Notes under the pieces: generated by a model
The model's database searches: none
What the model saw: the letters and a program-made list of their open reading frames with translations, nothing else
What the model was told of the DNA's origin: nothing
NCBI GenBank assembly: GCA_964487475.1
Contig: CAZAPM010000004.1
Span: 1 to 37,754, forward strand
DNA from: an uncultured Planctomycetales bacterium
GTDB taxonomy: Bacteria > Omnitrophota > Gorgyraeia > Gygaellales > Profunditerraquicolaceae
Direction: 5' to 3'
Length of the DNA stretch: 37,754 nt
Made by a program: the position numbers and the translations under genes
Shown: piece by piece, positions 1 through 9,363 of the stretch
Layout of the letters: every line of letters starts with the position of its first letter
Position numbering within the stretch: position 1 is the stretch's first letter

Positions 1-513
1 ATGCTCCAGATGGAAATACTTCTGGACGATGGCCAGGACGCTCACCGCGAATCCGGTGATGATGATGGCGTGCATCAGCACGTCGAAATCGCGCCGGGTA
101 CGCAGGGAATGCAGCAGCATATAGAACACCCCGCCGAAAGCCGCCAGCCGCAGCAGGTATCCTGCGCTGACCCAGGGGCAGATGCTCACCGGAAATCCCG
201 GCGCCTGCGCCGGCTCCGGGACGAAATTCGCATACAGCGCCTGGGCCTGAGGAGACACGACCTTCAGCAGCGCAGGCGGCAGGGGCACGAGCTGAAAGGC
301 CGCCACCAGCGCGAACAACAGCAGCGGCCAGCACATCCCGGTACGCAACAGGGGCTTGGGGTCGCTCCAGGCGCTCCACAGGAACCAGCATGCCGCCAGC
401 GCCAGACAGCTGGACGTCAGTATGCTGAAAGAAAGGCTGGTGACGCTCCCGTACGAAAAACAGCTAACCGCGATAAGTGCCGATAAGGCGAGATGAACTA
501 CCAGGGCAGGCAT
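1..513 (-). CDS. O-antigen ligase / Wzy-like polytopic membrane protein (3' end runs off the window)
   Basis: Not in the ORF track. Manual translation from ATG at 513: MPALVVHLALSALIAVSCFSYGSVT...LVAAFQLVPLPPALL...HAIIITGFAVSVLAIVQKY. Several hydrophobic segments, QLVPLP motif, directly downstream of wzc. Confidence 0.7.
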   Translation of the reverse strand, partial: MPALVVHLALSALIAVSCFSYGSVTSLSFSILTSSCLALAACWFLWSAWSDPKPLLRTGMCWPLLLFALVAAFQLVPLPPALLKVVSPQAQALYANFVPEPAQAPGFPVSICPWVSAGYLLRLAAFGGVFYMLLHSLRTRRDFDVLMHAIIITGFAVSVLAIVQKYFHLEH

Positions 514-518
514 GCAAA

Positions 519-2378
519 TTAACTTTTCTTCCCTTTATCCTCAGCGTAATAATAGTGGTAATAATAATACGAGTCTTCCTTCTTCACATTGACGTTATTG
601 AGCACCGTCCCCATGATCTTGGCCTTCACTTCGAAGAGCCTCTGCTTGGAACGCAGCACCACGTCGATGTTCAGATGATTCGCCATCACCACCAGGATCA
701 CGCCGTCCACCATGTTCGCGAGTATCGAGGTATCCGCGACGGTAAGCACGGGAGGGGTATCGATGATCACCCGGTCGTACCGCTCCCGCAGATCGGCCAG
801 CAAAGCCCGCATCTTCTGAGAGGTCAGCAGCTCCGCCGGATTGGGCGGACGGGGCCCGCTGGGCATCAGGAAAAGGTTGGGGATATAGGTCTTGAGGATG
901 GAGGATTCCAGGTCGGAGGCGCCGGCGAGATAACTGCTCAACCCGCTCTTGTTGTCCACGCCGATCGAATTCGCGATGCGGGGACGGCGCATATCCGCCT
1001 CCACCAACACCGTTCTTTCGTTGGAGTTGGCGAACACGGTAGCCAGGTTGATGGAGACCGTGGTCTTGCCTTCCTTAGGATACGTGCTGGTGATCAGAAA
1101 CGTCTTGAGGGGCCGGTCTTCCGGAGAGGAGAAAATGATGGAGGTCCGGATGGAACGGTAGGCTTCCGCAATGCGCGCGGTGGGAGCCTTATAACAGATG
1201 AGATCGATATCCTTCGATTCCTTCACGGACTTAAGCTCGGTCTTGGCCGACGGGACGTACCCCAGGAAGGGCAGCTTCACGTACAGCTCGACGTCGTCGG
1301 CGCTCTTGATCGTCGAATCCAGGTATTCCAGGACAAAGGCCAGGCCCAGCCCCAGGATCAGGCCGAACATGGCTCCGGTCTGCATATCCCGCGGACGGTT
1401 GGGAGTGAACGGCGACTGCGGCACGGTCGCCGGGTCGATGATACGCATGTTGGTGGTCTGGAATTCCTTGGAGAGCTCGGTCTCCTTTGTGCGCATGGAA
1501 AGCTGCTGATAGAGGAACTTGTTCTGCTCGACCTCTCCCTTGAGCTGGTTATACTGCACCATCCGCTCGTTCAGGGCGAAGAGCTTCTTGGTCTCATCCT
1601 CGATGCTCTTATCCAGCGCTTCGATCTTGGAGGTCAGGGCGATGATCCGGGGATGCTTATGCTTATATCTCTTGGAAGCCTCCAGCAGGTCGTTCTGCAG
1701 ATTGATGCGCGCGTTCTTGAAATTCTCCAGGACCCCCTGGGCCCGGCGCTCGACCTCGGGATCGGTGACCATGGTGTTCTTGAGCATATACTCGTTCAGG
1801 TCGGCTTCGGCTTTTTCGAGTTTCTTCTTGATCTCCTGCAGCTGCGTCTCCAGCGCGCCGGTGGCGGACTTGTTCCCCTCCCGCCGGCTCTCCAGATCGT
1901 ATTGGATAAAGGTATTGGCCAGGGCGTTGGCGAATTTCGCCGCCTTGATCGGGTCGGTGGAGGTATAACTGATGCTGATGATCTGCGTCCCGGGCACGTA
2001 GTTGACGGAGGCGCCGCCCAAGAACGCGCTCTCGGGCTCCTGCATCCCCGCGAATGACGTATCGCCGGAATCGATGAGTTTCTGCACGACCCTCTTGGCA
2101 AGAGAACGCGAGGTGAGGATATTGATCTGGCTTTGCAGGTATTCGCGGTCGATCATCGGCGCCATTTCGTACGGCTGCTGCACGGGGAACACCCGCTGCG
2201 TATTGCGCTCGATGACCAGCTTGGCTGCGGTCTGATAGAGAGGAATCTTCTTGTAGGTCTGGAAAGTAAAGTAGGAGAAAACTACCGTGAAGCAGGCTGC
2301 GATCACCCACAACCGGCGCTTGAAAATTACCAGGTAATCACGTATCGTGACTTCTTTTATCTGTGATGAAGGAAGCAT
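519..2378 (-). CDS. wzc: Polysaccharide co-polymerase / BY tyrosine autokinase
   Basis: N-terminal TM, coiled-coil periplasmic region, second TM, Walker A (STYPKEGKTT), A' (VEADMRRP), B (VIIDTPP), C-terminal Tyr cluster YYYYHYYY. Confidence 0.95.
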   Translation of the reverse strand: MLPSSQIKEVTIRDYLVIFKRRLWVIAACFTVVFSYFTFQTYKKIPLYQTAAKLVIERNTQRVFPVQQPYEMAPMIDREYLQSQINILTSRSLAKRVVQKLIDSGDTSFAGMQEPESAFLGGASVNYVPGTQIISISYTSTDPIKAAKFANALANTFIQYDLESRREGNKSATGALETQLQEIKKKLEKAEADLNEYMLKNTMVTDPEVERRAQGVLENFKNARINLQNDLLEASKRYKHKHPRIIALTSKIEALDKSIEDETKKLFALNERMVQYNQLKGEVEQNKFLYQQLSMRTKETELSKEFQTTNMRIIDPATVPQSPFTPNRPRDMQTGAMFGLILGLGLAFVLEYLDSTIKSADDVELYVKLPFLGYVPSAKTELKSVKESKDIDLICYKAPTARIAEAYRSIRTSIIFSSPEDRPLKTFLITSTYPKEGKTTVSINLATVFANSNERTVLVEADMRRPRIANSIGVDNKSGLSSYLAGASDLESSILKTYIPNLFLMPSGPRPPNPAELLTSQKMRALLADLRERYDRVIIDTPPVLTVADTSILANMVDGVILVVMANHLNIDVVLRSKQRLFEVKAKIMGTVLNNVNVKKEDSYYYYHYYYAEDKGKKS

Positions 2379-2407
2379 TCCTAACTCCTTGTCCGGTAAC
2401 GCGTTTT

Positions 2408-2435
2408 ATTATAGCATGGCGGAGCGCCGGCGCAA
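2408..2435 (-). promoter_or_regulatory. sigma70-type promoter upstream of wzc
   Basis: TTGCGC-N16-TATAAT with extended -10 (TGnTATAAT); AAGGAG RBS before the ATG at 2378. Confidence 0.65.
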
Positions 2436-2453
2436 GTGTTTTATTGCGAATTT

Positions 2454-3218
2454 TCAGAGAAAACGCCGGACGAGCCGGGCAAAACCGCTGCGGGAACGCG
2501 CGAGCGCCTGCGGCGTCAGCGAAACGAGATAACGGTCCCACCACGTTTCTTCCCAGAGATGGATGCAATACGAGGAGGAAAAATCGGCGGGCTGCGCGCT
2601 CCAGAGCAGCGCCGGCTGCCAGAAGAGAGGGTAAAAGAATGCCCGGGGGCCGAGCACGTGCACCTGCCGGGGAGCGAGCGCCCATAATATCTTAGGCAGG
2701 ATCACCGAATGGAAATCCCAGCGGGTCCGGTCGAAATCCCGGTACTGGCTGCGCCAGCGCCGGATGAATTCGCAGTGCGGCTGCGCCAGGATCACCGCGT
2801 TGCACAATCCGCGCTGTCCCTGCCGGCCCATCACGCACTCGTGCCGCAGCAGCGGGGTGAACGGCTTGAGGCTCACCACGTCCATATCGAGATATATCCC
2901 CCCCTGCCGGGAAAGGATATCCAGCCGCAGCACATCCGCCCGGTGCGCATAATGCACCAGCGGCTTGCCGAATACCGTGCGCGCGCAGCGCACGCGCCGC
3001 GCCTCGAGGTATTTCTTCGCGCACCGCCACCATTTCCCCGACGGCTCGTACGCGTAATGCAGCCGGATCGCCTCGGGACGGTGCACTTCGAATGCCGACT
3101 TGACCGCCAGATAATGCACGAAGGAGAACGGCCTTCCCCCGAAATCCCGGCGCATGCCGAAACAGAAATGGATCACCTTGGGGATCTGCGCCACCGCGTC
3201 AGGTCCTTTCTCATGCAC
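2454..3218 (-). CDS. Glycosyltransferase, GT32/OCH1-like DXD family
   Basis: IPKVIHFCF, ADVLRLDIL..QGGIYLDMDV and LCNAVILA motifs. Confidence 0.85.
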   Translation of the reverse strand: MHEKGPDAVAQIPKVIHFCFGMRRDFGGRPFSFVHYLAVKSAFEVHRPEAIRLHYAYEPSGKWWRCAKKYLEARRVRCARTVFGKPLVHYAHRADVLRLDILSRQGGIYLDMDVVSLKPFTPLLRHECVMGRQGQRGLCNAVILAQPHCEFIRRWRSQYRDFDRTRWDFHSVILPKILWALAPRQVHVLGPRAFFYPLFWQPALLWSAQPADFSSSYCIHLWEETWWDRYLVSLTPQALARSRSGFARLVRRFL

Positions 3219-3859
3219 GAGACCACATCCTCCCCGTGATAGGCGAATCCCGCATAATGCACGATGTGTGCGCGCGCCCTGCGCCGCCAGATCGAAGCTC
3301 CCGGGACCCGCATGGTATTCCAGGAAGCATCCAGCTCCGTCACCGGATACCGGCCGGAGAGGATGCGCGCGTTAAGGAAGGACTGCTCGTACATCCCCAT
3401 GGAGAGCATGCGCTTCGGCAACGCAAAAAGCCGCCGGTGAAGCGACGGGACCACCATCACCCCGGTATTGAAATAGGACCCGTCCCATCCGGAGAACCGG
3501 GGCCGGCGGTACAGATGCAGCGCTTCCCGCAGGGAATCCGCGCGGTCCATCACCCTGCCCTCATTGTACAGGCCCAGCGTATCCGCGGGCACGTGCGAAA
3601 AAATATCCGGGCAGCGCTCCCGCACCAGGATATCCACGTCGAGATACACCAGCCGGTCATACCCTTCCAGGAGCGAGCCGGCCAGGAATTTCTCCCAGTG
3701 CGGAGTGGGAGATCCGCGCAGCAGCGGTTTCGAAAGCACAAAGAACGCGGCGTCGATCCGGCGGGCATACCTGCGCATATACGGCAGGGACACCTTCGCG
3801 ATGCGGACTGCCTCCCTCCCGATCGCCACCGTAAAGACCACCCGCTTTTCCTTGCTCAT
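3173..3859 (-). CDS. Glycosyltransferase, GT8-like
   Basis: YLDVDIL (DXD), YFNTGVMV, EQSFLN, WN..., HIVHYAG. Confidence 0.8.
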   Translation of the reverse strand: MSKEKRVVFTVAIGREAVRIAKVSLPYMRRYARRIDAAFFVLSKPLLRGSPTPHWEKFLAGSLLEGYDRLVYLDVDILVRERCPDIFSHVPADTLGLYNEGRVMDRADSLREALHLYRRPRFSGWDGSYFNTGVMVVPSLHRRLFALPKRMLSMGMYEQSFLNARILSGRYPVTELDASWNTMRVPGASIWRRRARAHIVHYAGFAYHGEDVVSCMRKDLTRWRRSPR

Positions 3860-4845
3860 AACAGCTCCTGCGCCAAAGCCAGGACCCGCGCGTACTCGAA
3901 ATTACCGTCTGGGTCGGGATTATGCCGGAACCGCGCGGGCGCGCAGCGCACCAGCAGACCGGCACGGCAGAATTCCCGCAGGCAGCGGCGCACGCCGCGC
4001 CGATCCCCCAGGGAATCCGCCAGCTGCGTTTCGGTCAGCGCCCGGCGCTTGAGCAGCGCCATCACCCCGCACCCGGTCGCAGTCCCCAGCAGTTTCAAAG
4101 AAGGCATGACATCGCACATCTCCTCCCGGCTTTTCTTCCTGGCGAAAGCATCCCCCTGCTGCTGCCGGATATACTCCTTCAAAAGCATCCGCGCCACGCG
4201 GGAGCCCTCGGGCTGCGCGATAAGACGCAGCCCCTCCTCCTGTACCCAGCCACGGGAGAACAATCCTCCGGCGAGATTCGGCCACGGATACGCGCTTACG
4301 TAATGCCTCCCCCGCGCGATCCTCTCGAACGCCCATCCGTCATGCCGCCCGTGCGCCAGCGCATACCGCAGCTGGTCCAGCAAATGCGAAATACTCCAGA
4401 CCCCCACCGAATTCTGGCTGTAATACTGGAAATCCTGCGGGGTGCGGTAAAAACGCACCCCTCCGATCACCTCGCGTTTCCAGGATACGGGACAATACCC
4501 TCCGGCGATGAATGCGACGTGATCAAGCCGGTGCTCCTGCGCCGTCTCCATGATGTGCGTTACCCGCGCGGGACTGAACGGATACAAAGGGAACTTCTCC
4601 TCCAGCATCACCATCACGGATACCGCCGCGGGATACTGCCGGCGGATCTCTCGAACTCCTTCCCGCAACCTGAACACCCAGCTGGAGGAATTCACCCGCA
4701 CCGTGCGCGGTCCGGAAAGGTGCCTGCCGTGATCCGTGACCCACCACAACGGAGGATGCTGCGGCCAAAGGTTTTCCAGAAGCTCCTGCAGCGCCGGGCA
4801 GAAACGCTCGAAGGAACGGGAGGTCACCGCCAGCACCGGGATCAT
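3856..4845 (-). CDS. Hypothetical protein: GT-A-like/glycan-locus domain with a possible C-terminal winged HTH
   Basis: Start refined to ATG 4845 (AAGGAG RBS, ATGA overlap). SWVFRLREGVREI..VMVMLEEKF..GVWS..W.FE resembles uncharacterised glycan-locus proteins; C-terminal TETQLADSLG..VRRCLREFCRAGLL is HTH-like. Confidence 0.5.
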   Translation of the reverse strand: MIPVLAVTSRSFERFCPALQELLENLWPQHPPLWWVTDHGRHLSGPRTVRVNSSSWVFRLREGVREIRRQYPAAVSVMVMLEEKFPLYPFSPARVTHIMETAQEHRLDHVAFIAGGYCPVSWKREVIGGVRFYRTPQDFQYYSQNSVGVWSISHLLDQLRYALAHGRHDGWAFERIARGRHYVSAYPWPNLAGGLFSRGWVQEEGLRLIAQPEGSRVARMLLKEYIRQQQGDAFARKKSREEMCDVMPSLKLLGTATGCGVMALLKRRALTETQLADSLGDRRGVRRCLREFCRAGLLVRCAPARFRHNPDPDGNFEYARVLALAQELL

Positions 4846-5219
4846 GCGCGCTCCTTGCGGATACTGCCCGCCAGCACGGATGCCAGTTTCACGCGGTCGC
4901 GCCGGATCAGGGGATTCCAGCTCTGCCAGTTGATCACCGACCGTATGGCCCTGGTCGCCGGAGCGCGCACTCCGCTGTTCCAGGCCAGGCTGTACATCGG
5001 AGGTTTTCCGGGGGAGAGGATCTCCCTGACCAATCCCGCCTGCTGCAGGAGAGAAAGATGGCGGCGCATCTGTGCGGGAGCGACCCCCATCACCTGCGCG
5101 AGCACGTCTGAGGTAAGCATCCACCGCTCGAGCACCAGCACGACCCGCACCCGGATGCGATGCGAAAGCGCCCGAAAGATCAATACCGGCTCACGAGGAA
5201 CGGTCATACGCTTAGACAT
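4842..5219 (-). CDS. ArsR/SmtB-like winged-helix protein
   Basis: IFRALSHRIRVRVV...LAQVMGVAPAQMRRHLSLLQQAGLV. Start at 5219 or 5207, coupled to the upstream stop. Confidence 0.75.
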   Translation of the reverse strand: MSKRMTVPREPVLIFRALSHRIRVRVVLVLERWMLTSDVLAQVMGVAPAQMRRHLSLLQQAGLVREILSPGKPPMYSLAWNSGVRAPATRAIRSVINWQSWNPLIRRDRVKLASVLAGSIRKERA

Positions 5220-8200
5220 CCCTGAATAACGGCAGATACTGCCCCTCGATGACCGCATCCCAGGTATACTGCGCCGCGACCCTCCTGCGGCCGGCCGCGC
5301 CCAGCGCAGCGCGGAGGGACGCGGAATCCAGAAGCCGGTTCAGCCTCTCCGCCAGGGCATCCACATCCCCCGGCGGGACCAGGAACCCGGTCTTTCCGTC
5401 GATCACGATATCCTGCAGCCCGCCGCATTTGCTGGCGACCACCGGCTTTCCCGCTGCCATCGCCTCCAGGGCCACGATACCGAAAGGCTCATCCCAGAGG
5501 GAGGGGATCACGCAGATATCCGCATCCCGGCACAACGCCAGCGCCTCCTCCCGGGAGCTCCACCCGGCGTAATCCACAAAAGGAGCGCGCACCTTGCCTA
5601 AGGTAGTCGCGGTAAGCAGGAAATCCTTCCGGCTGCGGTAAAGTTTCGCGCACGCGGCCAGCAGCACCTGCAGGCCCTTCTCCTCTTCGTTGACCCGGCC
5701 GCTGATAAGGATACGGAGCATGGTTTTTTTGCCGGCCGCCGGAGGAACCGCGGGAAAATCCGCCAGGCTGACCCCGGAAGGGATCACGCGCACGTTCCGG
5801 TTGAAAGGGCGCAGCAATTTCGCCAGCTTCCCGTTATACACGATCACCCCGTGCGCCTGGGAGACCGAATCCTTCACCCTGCGGTGAAAGGACGGGGAAA
5901 AACCGTCGCTCAACATGAACTCCTTTGCCCCCACCCCTCCCGCCCCCGGCCCCTGGATGCACGAACGCATACAGGCTAGGCACTCCTGGCGGCGACGGAG
6001 AAAATCATGGGGACAGACCGCATGGTCCCGGAAACGGATCCCGTTCTCGCGCAGACAGACGTTCTCGTACGCATAGAAACGCAGGTATCTGCGGTATCCC
6101 TGCAGCGCGGAGAACACATGGGGTTTGAGGCTCCATCCGTCGCCGATGAAGACGTAATCCGGGTCGAACGCATCGACCGCCTTGCGGATCCGCGCTCCGA
6201 CCAGGGAAGGCAGGAACGTCTCCTGGGTGAAGGATATCTGGTGCACGGGAAACTCCAGCCGGCCGCTCACCTCGCCGCGCACGAAAAGCTTGTCGTAGTA
6301 GGGGACAAAAAGCTCGACCCCGTACCCTCTCCTGGCCAGTCCCGTCGCTACCTCCTTGAGGTCATACCCCGCGCCTCCTCCGGGAGGCCAGCGGAACATC
6401 AGGTCCACGAACGCGATGCGGGCTTTTTCCGCACGCGGACCGGGGACGCGCTCCACGGCTGCAGCCTCCGGTTCCGCCGCCGCGTGTGCCTGTGCGCGCA
6501 ACTGACGAGAAAGCACATGCCGCTGCCATCTGCTTCGGGCAAGCGCCAGGGCCGCTTCCAGGTCACGCCCGCTCATCTCCCTGGTTCGCACGATGGAGCT
6601 CCTGTCCCCGTCATAATCCTTCCAGGATGCCGCGCGCAGCCTGCCTTCCTTGGCCAACTGCGCGTGATACGCCGTTCCGGGAAAAGGGGTAGTGAGGGAG
6701 AACTGCGCCGAATCCGGGTTAAGTTTGATGCAATACTCGATGGTCCTGGCCACGGTATCCTTCGTCTCTCCGGGAAGCCCGATGGTGAAACTCAAATGCA
6801 CCTTGATCCCCAGCTGCGTGCACCAGCGCACCGCTTCTTCGACGCGGCGCAGATCGAGGGATTTTCCGCAGGCATCCACCAGCTCCTGGCATCCGGACTC
6901 GACACCGAACTTGATCGAACGCATCCCCGCAGCCTTCATGGCCGCCAGGACGCTCCGGTTTCCGGCATCCGCCCGCGCCATTGCCGACCAGGGCACGGAT
7001 ATCCCTTCATTCCGCATCGCCCGGCACAGGGCGCGCATCCGGGAAGCGCCGATATTGAACGTGTCGTCGTCGAAATACACGCCGGCAAAACCATATGCTT
7101 CCACCGCCCCGGAGATCTCCCGGGCCACCCGCCGAGGGTCCCGGGAACGGTACTTCCGGCTGCCGTATAACACCTGAGGCCACAGACAGAAAGAACAGCC
7201 GTACGGGCACCCGCGGGAAGCCATGACCTGCAGCGCGGGGGACGGCACTCCCGAACCGGGGTCGTTATAGTTGTACATGGGCAGGGTCGCACGCTCCGGA
7301 TACGGCAGCGCATCGAGGTCAGGCACGCTTCCCCGTCGCGGGGAGGACTTGACCACGCCCAGACTGCGGTAGACGACCCCCTCTACGTTGCGCACGCTGC
7401 GGCCTTCGCGCACACACCGCACCAGACGGGATAAAGACGATTCGTACTCCCCTACCAGCGCAAGATCTATTTCCGGATGAGCCGCCAGGATCTCCCCGGC
7501 CTGGGAGGAAACATGCGGGCCGACCAGCACCACTATCGGCTCCGGGCCGAAGGCCTTAAGCTTGCGCACCCAGGCCATGTCCTCTTCGAAGGAAGGCGCG
7601 GAGGTCTCCAGCACCACCATCCGGGGCTGGGCCCCCCTGACCCGCTCCAGGCACTCCTCACCGGTCAACCCCTCGGCAACGGCATCGATGAGATTCGCCG
7701 CCACCCCCTGCCGCAACAGCACTGCGGTCGCATACGCCATGAAGAAAGGAAAGGGGACATATCCCGGCACCCGCTGGTCTCCCCGCTCCATGGTAAAAGG
7801 CCACCGGGAACCCGCGCGCACTCCGATCCTTTTTTTCCCTCCCCAGGGAGGATTGACCAGCACCACCCGGAATCCCTGCGCATACAGCCGCTCCCGGTCC
7901 GACTCCTCTTTGATCCTGGACAAAGACACTCTGACCATCAGCCAATATTCCCGGGGCATGCGCAACCAGCGTTCCCATCCCCGGCCCGCCTTTTCCACGA
8001 ATTTCACCGGCGCCTGCGGCAAAAGCGCCCGCCAACGCTCGCACAAACCGTTACTCGCGGCGTCACTGCGGAAAGGAAGGATGCCCCAGGCTTTGGCCGT
8101 GGCCGCCGCCTCCTTGCCCAGCCGCTCCACGCAGGGATGCACCGCGGCAAAGAGATGCTCGCACACTTCCTGCGGCACCTCGGACTTGACCAGCGCGCTC

Positions 8201-9363
8201 TTGATCTTCGCGAGCACTCCCAATGCCGCCTGGGAGACCACGGACGCGGGAAAATTGGAGTACTCGCGCATGAAAGAAATGTCCTCCAGCAGCCCGCGCA
8301 TGGCCAGCGCGACGTCGACCCCCAGCAGATGATACCGCTTATCCCGGTCGTTGCGGCGGCGCAGCACCTCGAAACGCACGAGATCGTGGCAGACCTTATG
8401 GTCCAGCCTGTCGAACATGACGTATCTTCCGGACATCTCCCCGCGCGGGGTACGGAACCACCGCCAATACGTATTGCCCAGGCTCTCCAGGGTATCGGTG
8501 CGCAGATGACGGGCCACGGCCCTGGGCTCATAGACGGTGTGATACCCGAGCAGGCGCACCTTCATGCTCATATCGGTATCCTCGTGGTTGACCCGGAAAC
8601 GTTCGTGGTATCCTCCGGCATCGATGAGCGCCCGGCGCCGGAACACGGAATTGCATCCGAACACGGAAGGAGGATCGACCTTGCGTGCCTCGCCCCGCTC
8701 CTGCGCCATGTGCACCTGTCTCCACTGATCGACCGCGGTCAGGGTCAGGGATTCGATAAGCCTTCCCCCCGCGGCCGCGACATCCTTTGCGAGGACCTCC
8801 CGCATGAGATGCTCCAGCCAGAACATGTCCGGCACCACATCCGCATCCACGCTGGCGATAAAATCCCCCTGCGCCCGGGCAAGTGCGGTGTTGCGTGCCG
8901 CGCTTAAACCCTGATTACGGGGATGCCGCACCACCTTGACCGGGAAACGCCCGGCGAGCCGTTCGCTTCCGTCCGTCGAGGCGTCATCGATCACCAGTAT
9001 CTCTTTGACGGGATAGCTTTGCCGGCAGACCCCCTCCAGGCAACGGATGAGGTACTGCCGCGAATTATACGAAGGCACGTAAAAAGTCACCGCGTGCCGC
9101 CGGGCCAAAGGATGCGCCGCCGCCTCGCGCCGCGCGTTCCGGACCTGCGGCTGGCGCGGATCGAGCGCAAGAGAACGGGCATACCACCGGGCGGCGCTGT
9201 AATAAAGCCCCTGCGCATCCAGGGAAGCGGCGAGAAGGTTGCAGTGCGCCGGCTCCAGCCCGCGTAACGCGTCGGCACGCAGATAGTACGCACAGGCATA
9301 TGCATGCTCCCTGCGCGCGCGCATGGATTCGGCAACGTTCAGATAGTACTCCCGTGTATTCAT
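5212..9363 (-). CDS. Multidomain TPR / GT2 / B12-binding radical SAM / GT4 fusion (1383 aa)
   Basis: N-terminal TPR-like helices; GT2 motifs (VPSYNS, VIDDASTD, GLSAARN, VDADV, EDTD); B12-binding region (VLVNPP, LVGPH, GEYE); SRGCPYGCSFC radical SAM motif with FDDDTF and GVESG; C-terminal GT4 (PSLWDEPFGIVALEAMAAG). Confidence 0.9.
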   Translation of the reverse strand: MNTREYYLNVAESMRARREHAYACAYYLRADALRGLEPAHCNLLAASLDAQGLYYSAARWYARSLALDPRQPQVRNARREAAAHPLARRHAVTFYVPSYNSRQYLIRCLEGVCRQSYPVKEILVIDDASTDGSERLAGRFPVKVVRHPRNQGLSAARNTALARAQGDFIASVDADVVPDMFWLEHLMREVLAKDVAAAGGRLIESLTLTAVDQWRQVHMAQERGEARKVDPPSVFGCNSVFRRRALIDAGGYHERFRVNHEDTDMSMKVRLLGYHTVYEPRAVARHLRTDTLESLGNTYWRWFRTPRGEMSGRYVMFDRLDHKVCHDLVRFEVLRRRNDRDKRYHLLGVDVALAMRGLLEDISFMREYSNFPASVVSQAALGVLAKIKSALVKSEVPQEVCEHLFAAVHPCVERLGKEAAATAKAWGILPFRSDAASNGLCERWRALLPQAPVKFVEKAGRGWERWLRMPREYWLMVRVSLSRIKEESDRERLYAQGFRVVLVNPPWGGKKRIGVRAGSRWPFTMERGDQRVPGYVPFPFFMAYATAVLLRQGVAANLIDAVAEGLTGEECLERVRGAQPRMVVLETSAPSFEEDMAWVRKLKAFGPEPIVVLVGPHVSSQAGEILAAHPEIDLALVGEYESSLSRLVRCVREGRSVRNVEGVVYRSLGVVKSSPRRGSVPDLDALPYPERATLPMYNYNDPGSGVPSPALQVMASRGCPYGCSFCLWPQVLYGSRKYRSRDPRRVAREISGAVEAYGFAGVYFDDDTFNIGASRMRALCRAMRNEGISVPWSAMARADAGNRSVLAAMKAAGMRSIKFGVESGCQELVDACGKSLDLRRVEEAVRWCTQLGIKVHLSFTIGLPGETKDTVARTIEYCIKLNPDSAQFSLTTPFPGTAYHAQLAKEGRLRAASWKDYDGDRSSIVRTREMSGRDLEAALALARSRWQRHVLSRQLRAQAHAAAEPEAAAVERVPGPRAEKARIAFVDLMFRWPPGGGAGYDLKEVATGLARRGYGVELFVPYYDKLFVRGEVSGRLEFPVHQISFTQETFLPSLVGARIRKAVDAFDPDYVFIGDGWSLKPHVFSALQGYRRYLRFYAYENVCLRENGIRFRDHAVCPHDFLRRRQECLACMRSCIQGPGAGGVGAKEFMLSDGFSPSFHRRVKDSVSQAHGVIVYNGKLAKLLRPFNRNVRVIPSGVSLADFPAVPPAAGKKTMLRILISGRVNEEEKGLQVLLAACAKLYRSRKDFLLTATTLGKVRAPFVDYAGWSSREEALALCRDADICVIPSLWDEPFGIVALEAMAAGKPVVASKCGGLQDIVIDGKTGFLVPPGDVDALAERLNRLLDSASLRAALGAAGRRRVAAQYTWDAVIEGQYLPLFRDV

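Noticed and set aside
5212..9363. Hopanoid biosynthesis locus (hpnIJ)
   Set aside because: Only a motif-level resemblance; no shc, hpnH, hpnG or hpnK in the window.
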